Positions 28,196 to 36,558 of a DNA stretch of 64,000 bases are shown piece after piece. The stretch is from positions 26,071 through 90,070 of the forward strand of contig JAFTQB010000014.1 in assembly GCA_017462985.1 (NCBI GenBank), given 5' to 3'. The notes beneath the pieces are model-generated. The model saw only the letters and a program-made list of their open reading frames with translations, searched no databases and was not told the DNA's origin. The DNA is from Clostridia bacterium (GTDB lineage: Bacteria; Bacillota; Clostridia; Christensenellales; Borkfalkiaceae). A program made the position numbers and the translations under genes. The stretch's first letter is position 1. Every line of letters begins with the position of its first letter.

Positions 28196-28834
28196 ATGAA
28201 GTATGTATGTAAGGTTTGCGGTTATATCCACGAAGGCGAAACGGCTCCCGAAGTTTGCCCCAAGTGCAAGCAAGTAAACGTGTTTGAAAAGGTAAATCCT
28301 TTGAAAGGCACGCAGACGGAAGCGAATTTGCAAGCGGCGTTCGCAGGCGAATCGCAAGCGAGAAACAAGTACACCTATTTTGCTTCCAAGGCAAGAAAGG
28401 AAGGCTATGTGCAAATCGCGGCGATCTTTGAAGAAACGGCGAAGAACGAACAAGAACACGCGAAGATCTGGTACAAACTTTTGAACGGCGGCGCGATCGG
28501 CACGACGGCGGAAAACCTGCAAGATGCGGCTGACGGCGAAAACTACGAATGGACGGATATGTACGCGGGCTTTGCCAAGACGGCGAGAGAAGAAGGTTTC
28601 AACGAAATCGCAGATCTTTTCGAAGGCGTTGCGGCAATCGAAAAGGAACACGAAGAAAGATATAAGAAGCTTCTTGCGAACGTGAAGAACAAGCTCGTGT
28701 TCTCCAAAGAAGGCGACGCCGTATGGCAATGCTCCAACTGCGGTCATATCGTGATCGGCAAGGACGCGCCCGAAGTATGCCCTATCTGCGCGCATCCTCA
28801 AAGCTACTTCCAAGTGAGAGCGGAAAATTATTAA
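28196..28834 (+). CDS. rbr: Rubrerythrin with rubredoxin-like Cys4 motifs at both termini
   Basis: CKVCGY...CPKC at the N-terminus. Diiron four-helix core ([28 protein letters not shown]). CSNCGH...CPICAH at the C-terminus. I prefer the second ATG at 28196, with GAGGT 10 nt upstream. Confidence 0.9.
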   Translation: MKYVCKVCGYIHEGETAPEVCPKCKQVNVFEKVNPLKGTQTEANLQAAFAGESQARNKYTYFASKARKEGYVQIAAIFEETAKNEQEHAKIWYKLLNGGAIGTTAENLQDAADGENYEWTDMYAGFAKTAREEGFNEIADLFEGVAAIEKEHEERYKKLLANVKNKLVFSKEGDAVWQCSNCGHIVIGKDAPEVCPICAHPQSYFQVRAENY

Positions 28835-28873
28835 TCAACAAAATAATAAATAAAAAACCTTCCTAAATTCACG

Positions 28874-28910
28874 AAAAGCCCACCGAAAATTTTCGGTGGG
28901 CTTTTCTTTT
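28874..28910. terminator. Bidirectional intrinsic terminator
   Basis: AAAAGCCCACCGAAAA/TTTTCGGTGGGCTTTTCTTTT. Confidence 0.85.
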
Positions 28911-28922
28911 TTGAAACCGTAA

Positions 28923-29759
28923 TTATACCAAGCTCGTTTTATTCAAGATAAGGTTGCTGACCGCGCCCAGCCCTACGCTGAACAGCGCGCCGCCCGCAAA
29001 ACACATTACGATATTTACGAGATTCGAATCGAGGGGCGTGATCATCGGGATCATTGAAAACAGCAGCATGCTCGCGCCGAGCGAGCCAATGATCGAAAGC
29101 CAGCTTTTTTGCTTCGCCGCAACGCTCACGGCAAGGAAGATCGCAACGAACACCGCCATTAAGAACACTTTTGATACGATACAGGCAACAAGCTCTCCCG
29201 CCGTCGCTTCCGTTTCAAAGGGAAGCCCCGCCACCGCGCCGCCAATCATTCCGCCCAAGAAAAAGCAAAGGAGCATCAACGCGCCGCCGACGAACCCAAC
29301 CAAGGTTTTCGAGATCACGTAATCGGTTTTCTTCGCGCGGACGGTGAAAAGGTTTTTCGCATAGCCGCTTCTAAAATCCTCGGAAACGAAAAGGCAAACG
29401 AGCACCGCCGCCAAAAAGTATACGAGATTGATATTGCACATGGTCGTCAAGCTCATGCCGCCCGCCATGCCCGAGGCCGCGTCGCCGCTCACCGAGCCGA
29501 TGATCTGCCAAACGTTCTCAAACGCTTCCATTGGAGCGGTCGCGTCTACGCCGGGATGCGGCGTGACGGCGCTCGTTACGGCGACGGGATCCGCAGGTTC
29601 CCCCATCATCGTGGTCATCACGAGAACCAAAATCGGAATGACGAACGAAACGCCTAGCATGATATAAAGGAGCGGCGTTGTGAACATTCTTCGAAAATCC
29701 ACTTTCAACATACTTTTCAGCCGTTTCCCAAAACCTTGGGATTCAAATTTCGCTTCCAT
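28923..29759 (-). CDS. ABC-2 type transporter permease (module 2)
   Basis: 278 aa, 6 predicted TMs, start/stop coupled to the upstream ATPase. Confidence 0.75.
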   Translation of the reverse strand: MEAKFESQGFGKRLKSMLKVDFRRMFTTPLLYIMLGVSFVIPILVLVMTTMMGEPADPVAVTSAVTPHPGVDATAPMEAFENVWQIIGSVSGDAASGMAGGMSLTTMCNINLVYFLAAVLVCLFVSEDFRSGYAKNLFTVRAKKTDYVISKTLVGFVGGALMLLCFFLGGMIGGAVAGLPFETEATAGELVACIVSKVFLMAVFVAIFLAVSVAAKQKSWLSIIGSLGASMLLFSMIPMITPLDSNLVNIVMCFAGGALFSVGLGAVSNLILNKTSLV

Positions 29760-30661
29760 TATCTTCCCTCCTTTTCATTCATCAGATCGATATAATATTC
29801 TTCCAAACCGATTTTCGCCGTTTTGATCTCGCTCACCAAAATACCGTTTTTATATAACAGGCTGACGATCGCTTCGGGCGCTTCCGCGTCGTACACGCGA
29901 AGATACTCGTTTTCTTCCGCCACGCGGGAATATCTGCAAGAAAGAATCGCTTTCGCGCGCGATAATTCTTTCGTTTGCAAAGCGACGTAGGTGCGGCAGC
30001 CCGCGTCCAATTCTTCGGCGGTCATCTCCTTGATCATTTTCCCGCCGCGGATAATGCCGTAATGCGTGGCGATCTTTTCCAGCTCGCCCAAAATATGCGA
30101 CGAGATCAACACCGTACAGCCGTGATCTTTCGCCAACCCCACGAGCACCTCGCGCATGATCCGCATCCCGTCCGCGTCCAAGCCGTTGATCGGCTCGTCG
30201 AGTACCAACAGCTTCGGGTTTCCAAGCAGCGCCATAGCGATTCCAATCCGCTGTTTCATCCCCAACGAACAGTTTTTGTATTTATTCGAAGCCGCGCCTT
30301 CCATTCTGACGAGTTTCAACACTTTTCGCACTTCGTCCTCGGCATTTTCGATACTCAAATTGGCGGCTTGAAGCATTAAGTTGTTCCACACGCTGTAATT
30401 GGGGAAGCAACCGGGGGCTTCGATCAAAACGCCCACCTTTGCCCGCACGTCCCCGTCCGTATAATCTCTGCCAAAGAGCTTAATTTGCCCGCCGCTCAAC
30501 GGCAACAGCCCGCAGATCATCTTTTCCGTCGTGGATTTTCCGCTGCCGTTTTCACCGATAAAACCGTAGATCGCGCCCACGGGAACGGTCATATCCAAAC
30601 CGCAAACGGCTTGCTTTTCGCCGAAGTTTTTCGTTAAATCTCTAATTTCTATCGCGTTCAC
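29759..30661 (-). CDS. ABC transporter ATP-binding protein, ABC-2/BcrA-like (module 2)
   Basis: GENGSGKST Walker A, CSLGMKQR signature, LVLDEPINGLD Walker B. It is a paralog of 31493..32395. Confidence 0.9.
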   Translation of the reverse strand: MNAIEIRDLTKNFGEKQAVCGLDMTVPVGAIYGFIGENGSGKSTTEKMICGLLPLSGGQIKLFGRDYTDGDVRAKVGVLIEAPGCFPNYSVWNNLMLQAANLSIENAEDEVRKVLKLVRMEGAASNKYKNCSLGMKQRIGIAMALLGNPKLLVLDEPINGLDADGMRIMREVLVGLAKDHGCTVLISSHILGELEKIATHYGIIRGGKMIKEMTAEELDAGCRTYVALQTKELSRAKAILSCRYSRVAEENEYLRVYDAEAPEAIVSLLYKNGILVSEIKTAKIGLEEYYIDLMNEKEGR

Positions 30662-30676
30662 AGTTGCGTCCTCCCA

Positions 30677-31492
30677 TCAATATACGTCGCTTTTATAAAG
30701 CACGAGCGTACCCAGCAGATTATACACGAACGACCAAGCCGCCGAAACCGCAAGGCACACGAGTACGGTGAGGATATCGCTTGAAAGACACGCGTATACC
30801 GACGAGCCGTACAGGAAGATATTGAGGATCGGGGAATTTTGCAAGACCGCGCCCAAGCCGACGATCAAAATTCCCGTGCCGAAGAAGAAGGACGAAGCGA
30901 TCGAAATCCCGAAATATTTTCTGAAAATGATATTCAAAAAGGTATACAAGCTCGCCCAACCGAGGCTCATGACCATTTTTCCCAAGATCGCACAGATCAA
31001 CGAATAGGCGTTCACCTCGAACGAAGCGCCCACGAGCAGACCGGATACGATCACGCCGAGCAAATAAGTAATACACATACACGCCATCGCAAACGCGCAG
31101 GAAAGCGTTTTCGAGATCATATAATCCTGCTTTTTCGCGTGCGTGGTGAAAAGCTGTTTTACGTATCCGCTTTTATAATCGTGCCCGATAAAGATGGATA
31201 CCATGATCCCGCCGAAGATGAACACCATATTCATATTGGCGTACTGCCCCATCTCTTCAAAGGTATACAGGGGCGTTCCCACGGCGATCGCTTCCCAAGC
31301 CGTATCGTAAAGCGGCTCCGCGCCTTCCGCGCCGACCATTCCCAAGATCATCGCGGGAATGATCGCGGCGATACACAAAAAGATATAAAACAGCGGCGTG
31401 TGAAACAAACGGTAGAAATCCACGCCCAACATCCCCTTTAAACGCTTGAAAAAGCTCGGGGATTCAAATGTTAATTCGCGCCCTTCTTCCAT
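30677..31492 (-). CDS. ABC-2 type transporter permease (module 1)
   Basis: 271 aa, 6 predicted TMs, abutting the upstream ATPase stop. Confidence 0.75.
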   Translation of the reverse strand: MEEGRELTFESPSFFKRLKGMLGVDFYRLFHTPLFYIFLCIAAIIPAMILGMVGAEGAEPLYDTAWEAIAVGTPLYTFEEMGQYANMNMVFIFGGIMVSIFIGHDYKSGYVKQLFTTHAKKQDYMISKTLSCAFAMACMCITYLLGVIVSGLLVGASFEVNAYSLICAILGKMVMSLGWASLYTFLNIIFRKYFGISIASSFFFGTGILIVGLGAVLQNSPILNIFLYGSSVYACLSSDILTVLVCLAVSAAWSFVYNLLGTLVLYKSDVY

Positions 31493-32395
31493 TTATTCCG
31501 CCTCCTTTTTCGACATCAACTCGATATAGTATTCTTCCAAACCGATCTTGTTCTTTCTCACCTCGCAAACGGCGTGTCCGTTCACGAGCAGGTATTCCAC
31601 GATCGTTTCGGGTTCGTCCACGTCGTATACGCGAAGCGTTTCTTCCTCTTCCTTCACGACGGCGAATTTTTCCTGCAACAGCTTTTTCGCGCCCTTCATA
31701 TCCCGCGTTTTCACCGAAACGAAAACGCGTGCGCGGCTTTCCATTTCCTGCGCGCTGATCTCTTGGATCATTCTGCCTTGGCGAATAATGCCGTAATGGG
31801 TGGCGATCTTTTCCAGCTCGCCCAAGATATGCGACGAAATCAACACCGTCGTGGAATATTTTTGCGTGATCTCCACGAGGATCTCCCGCATCATCTTCAT
31901 TCCTTCCGCGTCCAAGCCGTTGATCGGCTCGTCCAAGATCAACAACGCGGGATCGCCAAGGAGCGCCATGGCTATGCCGATACGCTGTTTTTGCCCCAGC
32001 GAACAGCTTTTGAATTTCTTGCGCGCAGAATCCTGCATACGCACGATCTTCAATACGCGGTCGATCTCGGCTTCGGGATTTTCCAATCCTAAATTGATGG
32101 CTTGCATCATCAGGTTATCGAACACGCTGGAGCTTGGAAAGCACCCTGCATTTTCGATGAGCGCGCCCACGCGCACCCTCACGCCCGCGTCCGTAAATTC
32201 CCTGCCGAACAGCTTGATCTCGCCCGAATCGGGAACGAGGTGTCCGCAGATCAATTTTTCCGTCGTGGATTTTCCGCTTCCGTTTTCACCGATAAACCCG
32301 TAGATCGCCCCGACGGGAACGGTCATATTCAAACGATCGATGGCGTACATTCCGCGAAAACTTTTCGATAGATTTCTAATTTCGATAGCGTTCAT
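31493..32395 (-). CDS. ABC transporter ATP-binding protein, ABC-2/BcrA-like (module 1)
   Basis: GENGSGKST, CSLGQKQR, LILDEPINGLD. Its first 43 codons are duplicated at 35847-35975. Confidence 0.9.
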   Translation of the reverse strand: MNAIEIRNLSKSFRGMYAIDRLNMTVPVGAIYGFIGENGSGKSTTEKLICGHLVPDSGEIKLFGREFTDAGVRVRVGALIENAGCFPSSSVFDNLMMQAINLGLENPEAEIDRVLKIVRMQDSARKKFKSCSLGQKQRIGIAMALLGDPALLILDEPINGLDAEGMKMMREILVEITQKYSTTVLISSHILGELEKIATHYGIIRQGRMIQEISAQEMESRARVFVSVKTRDMKGAKKLLQEKFAVVKEEEETLRVYDVDEPETIVEYLLVNGHAVCEVRKNKIGLEEYYIELMSKKEAE

Positions 32396-32503
32396 TTTTT
32401 CGCCTCCCTTATTTTTACCCGTTCATTATACCTTTTTGATGTTTTTAAAAAGCCGTCGTTCCGTAAGTATTTTGTAATTTTTTTGTTAAAATTTTGTAAG
32501 CGC

Positions 32504-32536
32504 AAAAAAAACGCCCGTTGCAAACGGACGCTTTTT
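32504..32536. terminator. Intrinsic terminator hairpin (bidirectional; the longer U-tract is on the minus strand)
   Basis: A8-CGCCCGTTgcAAACGGaCG-CTTTTT. Confidence 0.65.
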
Positions 32537-32561
32537 CAATATAATCCCTTGCCGTCACCCA

Positions 32562-32836
32562 CGAAAAAGCAAAGCGACTGCGGCAAATGTGACATGATTT
32601 GTGAATTGATTGCCATTCGGCAATCGTGAATTGCGCCGAACGGCGCGTGAATTGAAAAACGTTCGTTTTTCGTGAATTGCCGCCCTTGGCGGCGTTATGG
32701 AAATATTCTATGAGATTGCCGCGCTTCACTTTGTTTCGCTCGCAATGACGGTTACAAGGTGTCATTGCGAAAGAGCGATAGCGACTGCGGCAATCTCGTA
32801 TAAATCTCAGCCGCAACGCAGAGCGTTGCAATTCAC
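32562..32836. repeat. Composite palindromic element, locus B (right arm truncated by the insertion)
   Basis: GTGAATTG at 32601, 32626, 32647 and 32672, each with its own hairpin. Central hairpin 32712-32797. One right-arm unit, GCAACGCagaGCGTTGC+AATTCAC (32813-32836). Confidence 0.85.
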
Positions 32837-33157
32837 CTCTTTGTAATAATATGATATCAAAGTAAAGCTATTAACTCTATTCAAACGGCTTTAAATAGAG
32901 AACAAAGGCATATTGTTGTTGAAATGGCAGCAGGAACCGGAAAAGGGATAGTGTTTGCCAAAATAGTAGAGTTCTTACAGCAAACAAAAAACTATAAGTA
33001 TGAAAGCGTTAACGCTTTCATACAGAAACTACACGAATACATCTACTATTACAACAACCAAAGAATCTCATTAAAATTGAAAATGAGTCCGGTACAATAC
33101 CGAACTCAGTTCCAATACAATTAATTTAATTTTTTTGTCTAAACTTTTGGGTTCACA
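32837..33157 (+). mobile_element. 3'-terminal remnant of an IS3-family (IS150-like) insertion sequence
   Basis: It encodes a transposase C-terminal fragment and ends in TTTTTTGTCTAAACTTTTGGGTTCACA (33131-33157). The complement TGTGAACCCAAAAGTTTAGACA looks like an IS3-family terminal inverted repeat starting TG. The 5' two-thirds of the IS are absent. Confidence 0.6.
32924..33124 (+). pseudogene. IS3-family transposase (OrfB, rve domain), C-terminal fragment
   Basis: ESVNAFIQKLHEYIYYYNNQRISLKLKMSPVQYRTQ matches the conserved C-terminal tail of IS150-group transposases (..YI.YYN..RI.LKLKG.SPV.YR). Confidence 0.7.
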
Positions 33158-33187
33158 TCATCCGTGCTTGCTCTTCCTTTTTTAGCA

Positions 33188-35428
33188 TTATCTCTTAAAG
33201 ATATAATTCCAATGTGTTTCCGTCAAATAGTCTGCCGCTACGGCGGGGTCGCTCATATCCACATTCGTGCCTTCGGTGGTACTACTTTCATATACATAAT
33301 ACCACCCTGTGGTGCTGATGTTGATAGCACTGAGGCTTGTGCAGCCGTAAAATGCCCGCCTGCCAATGGAGTTGACACTTTGAGGAATGGTCACGCTGTT
33401 AAGAGAGGTACAACCATGGAAGGCATACCCATCAATGGTGACGACCCCATCTTGCATGGTTACCTCGGTAAGTGCGGTGCATCCAGAGAATGCGTAATCG
33501 CCAATGGTGCTCACACTGCCAGGAATGGTCATAGTTTTGATGGATGTGCACCCCTTGAACGCGGAAGAACCAATCTCGGTCAAATCGTTAGGCAAAATGA
33601 TTTCGGTCAAGGTTGTGCATCCATTAAAAGCAGAGTCGGAGAGGACACTCCCACCTGTGATGGTGACAGAGGTGAGGCTGGCGGGGATACGACCGCCTTG
33701 GTTAGAGGCAAAACCTGCACCAAAAATATATCCAAAATAGGTGTTATTCACACCGTCTTTGGTATTCCCCACAAAGGGAATAGTCATGGTCTTAATAGAT
33801 GTGCACCCTTTGAAAGCGGAAGCACCGATGGCGGTCACACTTTTGGGAATGGTCACCGACTGCAGACGCTCACAACCCAAAAATGCTTCTTTGCCAATGC
33901 TTTCTAGTTCTTCTTCCATATTCACAACAGAAAGCCATGTACAGCCGTAAAAAGCGGCGTCTTCAATGCTTTTCACACTTTTTGGAATAGAAACGGAGGA
34001 AAGCCCTGTGCAACCATAGAAGGCATACTTGCACACTTTTTCCGTATCATCGGAAATGGTCAAGTTCTGTGCTTCTTCGCCTTTCAAATATAGTTTTCCA
34101 GCATAGTAGAGAGGGTTGGCAGTTTCGCTCGCAAATGAGGTTTCGCACCACGCCCGCAAGTCGCTGATATATACCGCCCCCAAAGATGTGCAATCTCCAA
34201 AGGCACCAGATCCAATGCTGGTCACACTAGCGGGGATGGTGATTCTTTTAATGGAAGTGCAGTTTTCAAAGGCACGCATACCAATGGTGGTGCCACCTGT
34301 GACGGTCACCGTTTCAAGGGTGCTGGGCACATAATTTTTGTGAGCGGTAATACCGCAGTCAAAGAGGTATCCAAAGTTGCCGTTGCTAATGTCACCATCG
34401 ACCGCTCCAACAAAGGGGATGGTGATGGTTTCAAGAGCCTCACAACCACGGAAGACAGCCCGACCAATGCGAGTGACACTGTCGGGAATGGTGACCGCTT
34501 TAAGCGACACGCAATGGTAGAATACGTAATCACCAACTTCGTTCATGTCTTTGGGGAATGTGACACTGCTTACTTCCCTGTCATTTTTATAAAGACGCTT
34601 TCCAAAGCAAAGGGGATTGGCAGTTTCACTTTCAAAGGTGATTCTGCACCACGCTTCCAAGTCACTGATATGTACCGCTGTTAGAGATGTGCACTCCTCA
34701 AATGCTCCCTCACCGATATGCTCCACGGTGTCAGGGATGGTGATGGAAGAAATAGATGTGCAGTCACGGAAGGCATACCGCTCAATACGAGTGCATTCCG
34801 TGAGAACTACAGTAGTGAGGCTGTCGGGAACATATTCGCTATGATTTGGAGAGCCGAAAGCACCAAAGATATAACCAAAATGATATTCCTCGTCTTCATC
34901 CTCTAGAGCACGCCCCGCAAAAGGCAGGGTGATGCTTTCCAGACCCACACAATCCCCAAAGGCACGGAACTCAATGCGTTCCACACTGTTAGGGACCACA
35001 ACAGAGGTCAGATTTGCACATCCATAAAACGCCTCTTCCTCAATATAAAGAAGGGTGTCGGGCAGGGTCACTTCGGTCAAAGTGGTATCATTTGCAAAAG
35101 CACCATACCCAATACCAACCACCGTGTACCCATCAATTTCGGCGGGTACATCTACTTTCCCTTTTGCAAGGGTTGCCTCTGTAATGATGCAGGTGTCATC
35201 CTCACCAACAGTGTAGGTAAAAGGTTGTTCTGGCTCCTCTGGGATCTCTTCCTCTATGATTTCATCACATCCATCACACACCTTGTAATGATGAATGCCG
35301 TCATAGGAGTCATACCAGTCACTCCAATTGTGGGTGTGGGGTTCCTCGGGTGTCCCAAAACAAGCTGTCAAACAAAGGGATAACATCATCATAAGGCCCA
35401 ACAGTGCCACATATTTCATGCGTACCAT
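33188..35428 (-). CDS. BspA-type leucine-rich-repeat (LRR_5-like) surface lipoprotein
   Basis: Signal peptide plus lipobox (LSLCLTAC). More than 15 repeats of the pattern F.gC..L.sv.IP.SV..IG..AF.gC. Codon usage visibly differs from the neighbours, with few NCG codons. Confidence 0.85.
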   Translation of the reverse strand: MVRMKYVALLGLMMMLSLCLTACFGTPEEPHTHNWSDWYDSYDGIHHYKVCDGCDEIIEEEIPEEPEQPFTYTVGEDDTCIITEATLAKGKVDVPAEIDGYTVVGIGYGAFANDTTLTEVTLPDTLLYIEEEAFYGCANLTSVVVPNSVERIEFRAFGDCVGLESITLPFAGRALEDEDEEYHFGYIFGAFGSPNHSEYVPDSLTTVVLTECTRIERYAFRDCTSISSITIPDTVEHIGEGAFEECTSLTAVHISDLEAWCRITFESETANPLCFGKRLYKNDREVSSVTFPKDMNEVGDYVFYHCVSLKAVTIPDSVTRIGRAVFRGCEALETITIPFVGAVDGDISNGNFGYLFDCGITAHKNYVPSTLETVTVTGGTTIGMRAFENCTSIKRITIPASVTSIGSGAFGDCTSLGAVYISDLRAWCETSFASETANPLYYAGKLYLKGEEAQNLTISDDTEKVCKYAFYGCTGLSSVSIPKSVKSIEDAAFYGCTWLSVVNMEEELESIGKEAFLGCERLQSVTIPKSVTAIGASAFKGCTSIKTMTIPFVGNTKDGVNNTYFGYIFGAGFASNQGGRIPASLTSVTITGGSVLSDSAFNGCTTLTEIILPNDLTEIGSSAFKGCTSIKTMTIPGSVSTIGDYAFSGCTALTEVTMQDGVVTIDGYAFHGCTSLNSVTIPQSVNSIGRRAFYGCTSLSAINISTTGWYYVYESSTTEGTNVDMSDPAVAADYLTETHWNYIFKR

Positions 35429-35846
35429 CTCATATCCTCCTAAGATGTATTTGTGCTCTTTCTTAAAATTAGTATATCATACCTTCAAAAAAATGTAAAC
35501 ACCGTGCAAGTATATAAGTATCGTCATCTTCCTCACCGTGGTCTTCTCCCAACTGCCCCTTGACATTTGGGTCAAACGCATCAAAGCCCATTGGAAATCC
35601 AAAAAGAACTAATATTATTTTATTATAGCACAAAATTGGTGATTTGTAAATCCCTTTTACTATGCACCTCAAAAAAATTACAATATTATTTCAATCAAAA
35701 ATTATATCATACTCAAGATGATCTAATGAAAATGCTTAAATCTCCAAGTGACAACCCGGCAGACCATCTCTTGACTAAGTTGGAAGAGTTCCTAATGGGG
35801 ATAAGCAAATAAACCAATATCACTAAATACAATTTTTACACGGCGA

Positions 35847-35975
35847 GGATTTTCCGCTGCCGTTTTCACCGATAAACCCGTAGATCGCCCCGACGGGAAC
35901 GGTCATATTCAAACGATCGACGGCGTACATTCCGCGAAAACTTTTCGATAGATTTCTGATTTCGATAGCGTTCAT
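35847..35975 (-). pseudogene. Truncated duplicate of the ABC-2 ATPase 5' end (codons 1-43, through Walker A)
   Basis: MNAIEIRNLSKSFRGMYAVDRLNMTVPVGAIYGFIGENGSGKS, then unrelated SPCKNCI*. The upstream RBS and -10 region are duplicated too. Confidence 0.85.
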
Positions 35976-36083
35976 TTTTTCGCCTCCGTTATTTTTACCC
36001 GTTCATTATACCTTTTTGATGTTTTTAAAAAGCCGTCGTTCCGTAAGTATTTTGTAATTTTTTTGTTAAAATTTTGTAAGTGC

Positions 36084-36116
36084 AAAAAAACGCCCGTTGC
36101 AAACGGACGCTTTTTT
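36084..36116. terminator. Intrinsic terminator hairpin downstream (minus sense) of palindromic element locus C
   Basis: A7-CGCCCGTTgcAAACGGaCG-CTTTTTT. It gives a T7 tract on the minus strand and T6 on the plus strand. Confidence 0.65.
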
Positions 36117-36141
36117 CAATATAATCCCTTGCCGTCACCCA

Positions 36142-36483
36142 CGAAAGAGCGATAGCGACTGCGGCAAATGTGACATGATTTGTGAATTGATTGCCATTCG
36201 GCAATCATGAATTGCGCCGAACGGCGCGTGAATTGAAAAACGTTCGTTTTTCGTGAATTGCCTCCTTCGGCGGCGTTATGGAAATATTTTTATGAGATTG
36301 CCGCGCTTCACTTTGTTTCGCTCGCAATGACGGTTAGAAGGTGTCATTGCGAAGGAGCGATAGCGACTGCGGCAATCTCGTATAAATCTCAGCCGCAACG
36401 CCGCCCTATGGCGGCAATTCACGCGCGAAGCGCAATTCACTGAGCGTTAGCGAAAATTCACGCTTGCATAGTAAGCAATTCAC
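36142..36483. repeat. Composite palindromic element, locus C (most complete copy); candidate structured non-coding RNA or protein-binding array
   Basis: Left arm: 4 x (GTGAATTG + private hairpin), 36182-36274. Central hairpin: 36294-36379. Right arm: 4 x (private hairpin + CAATTCAC), 36400-36483. Confidence 0.85.
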
Positions 36484-36558
36484 TACTTATTTCCCTTCTT
36501 TTCATTTCTTCTTTTGAGAGTATACTTCTCGCTCCTTTGTTTTTATCTGTATGGTAAA

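Larger units (their letters stand above)
32267..32836. repeat. Direct repeat, left copy, flanking the LRR/IS insertion
   Basis: It aligns by eye with 35847-36461. I count about 13 small differences plus one 42-nt indel. It contains the ABC ATPase 5' end, its upstream region, a terminator and the left arm plus centre of the palindromic element. Confidence 0.85.
35847..36461. repeat. Direct repeat, right copy, flanking the LRR/IS insertion
   Basis: See 32267-32836. The offset is about 3580 bp. Confidence 0.85.

Noticed and set aside
32445-32831. 128-aa minus-strand ORF, and the 61-aa ORF at 36258-36443, running through the palindromic elements
   Set aside because: They consist of translated hairpin repeats (e.g. 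…ALHFVSLAMTVRRCHCEGAIATAAIS…). They have no RBS, differ between the two copies by frame-breaking indels, and overlap a terminator. I have an unverified recollection of similar spurious peptides annotated in other genomes, so I call these non-coding.
32837-35846. Is the insertion a prophage, ICE or complete transposon?
   Set aside because: It has no integrase, recombinase, structural or conjugation genes. The IS is only a 3' remnant with a single terminal repeat, and the flanking repeats are far too long for target-site duplications. A recombination-mediated insertion is the better description.
36182-36274. Could the regularly spaced GTGAATTG repeats be a miniature CRISPR array?
   Set aside because: The repeats are only 8 nt. 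The spacers are 12-16 nt and are themselves perfect palindromes. The array is mirrored on the other side of a central hairpin. There are no cas genes or leader in the window.
36483-36552. 15-codon ORF (MKRREISSELLTMQA) at the 5' end of the predicted minus-strand transcript
   Set aside because: There is no convincing Shine-Dalgarno sequence at the right distance. The ORF runs into the repeat octamers and there is no conservation evidence. I keep it only as a remote possibility.
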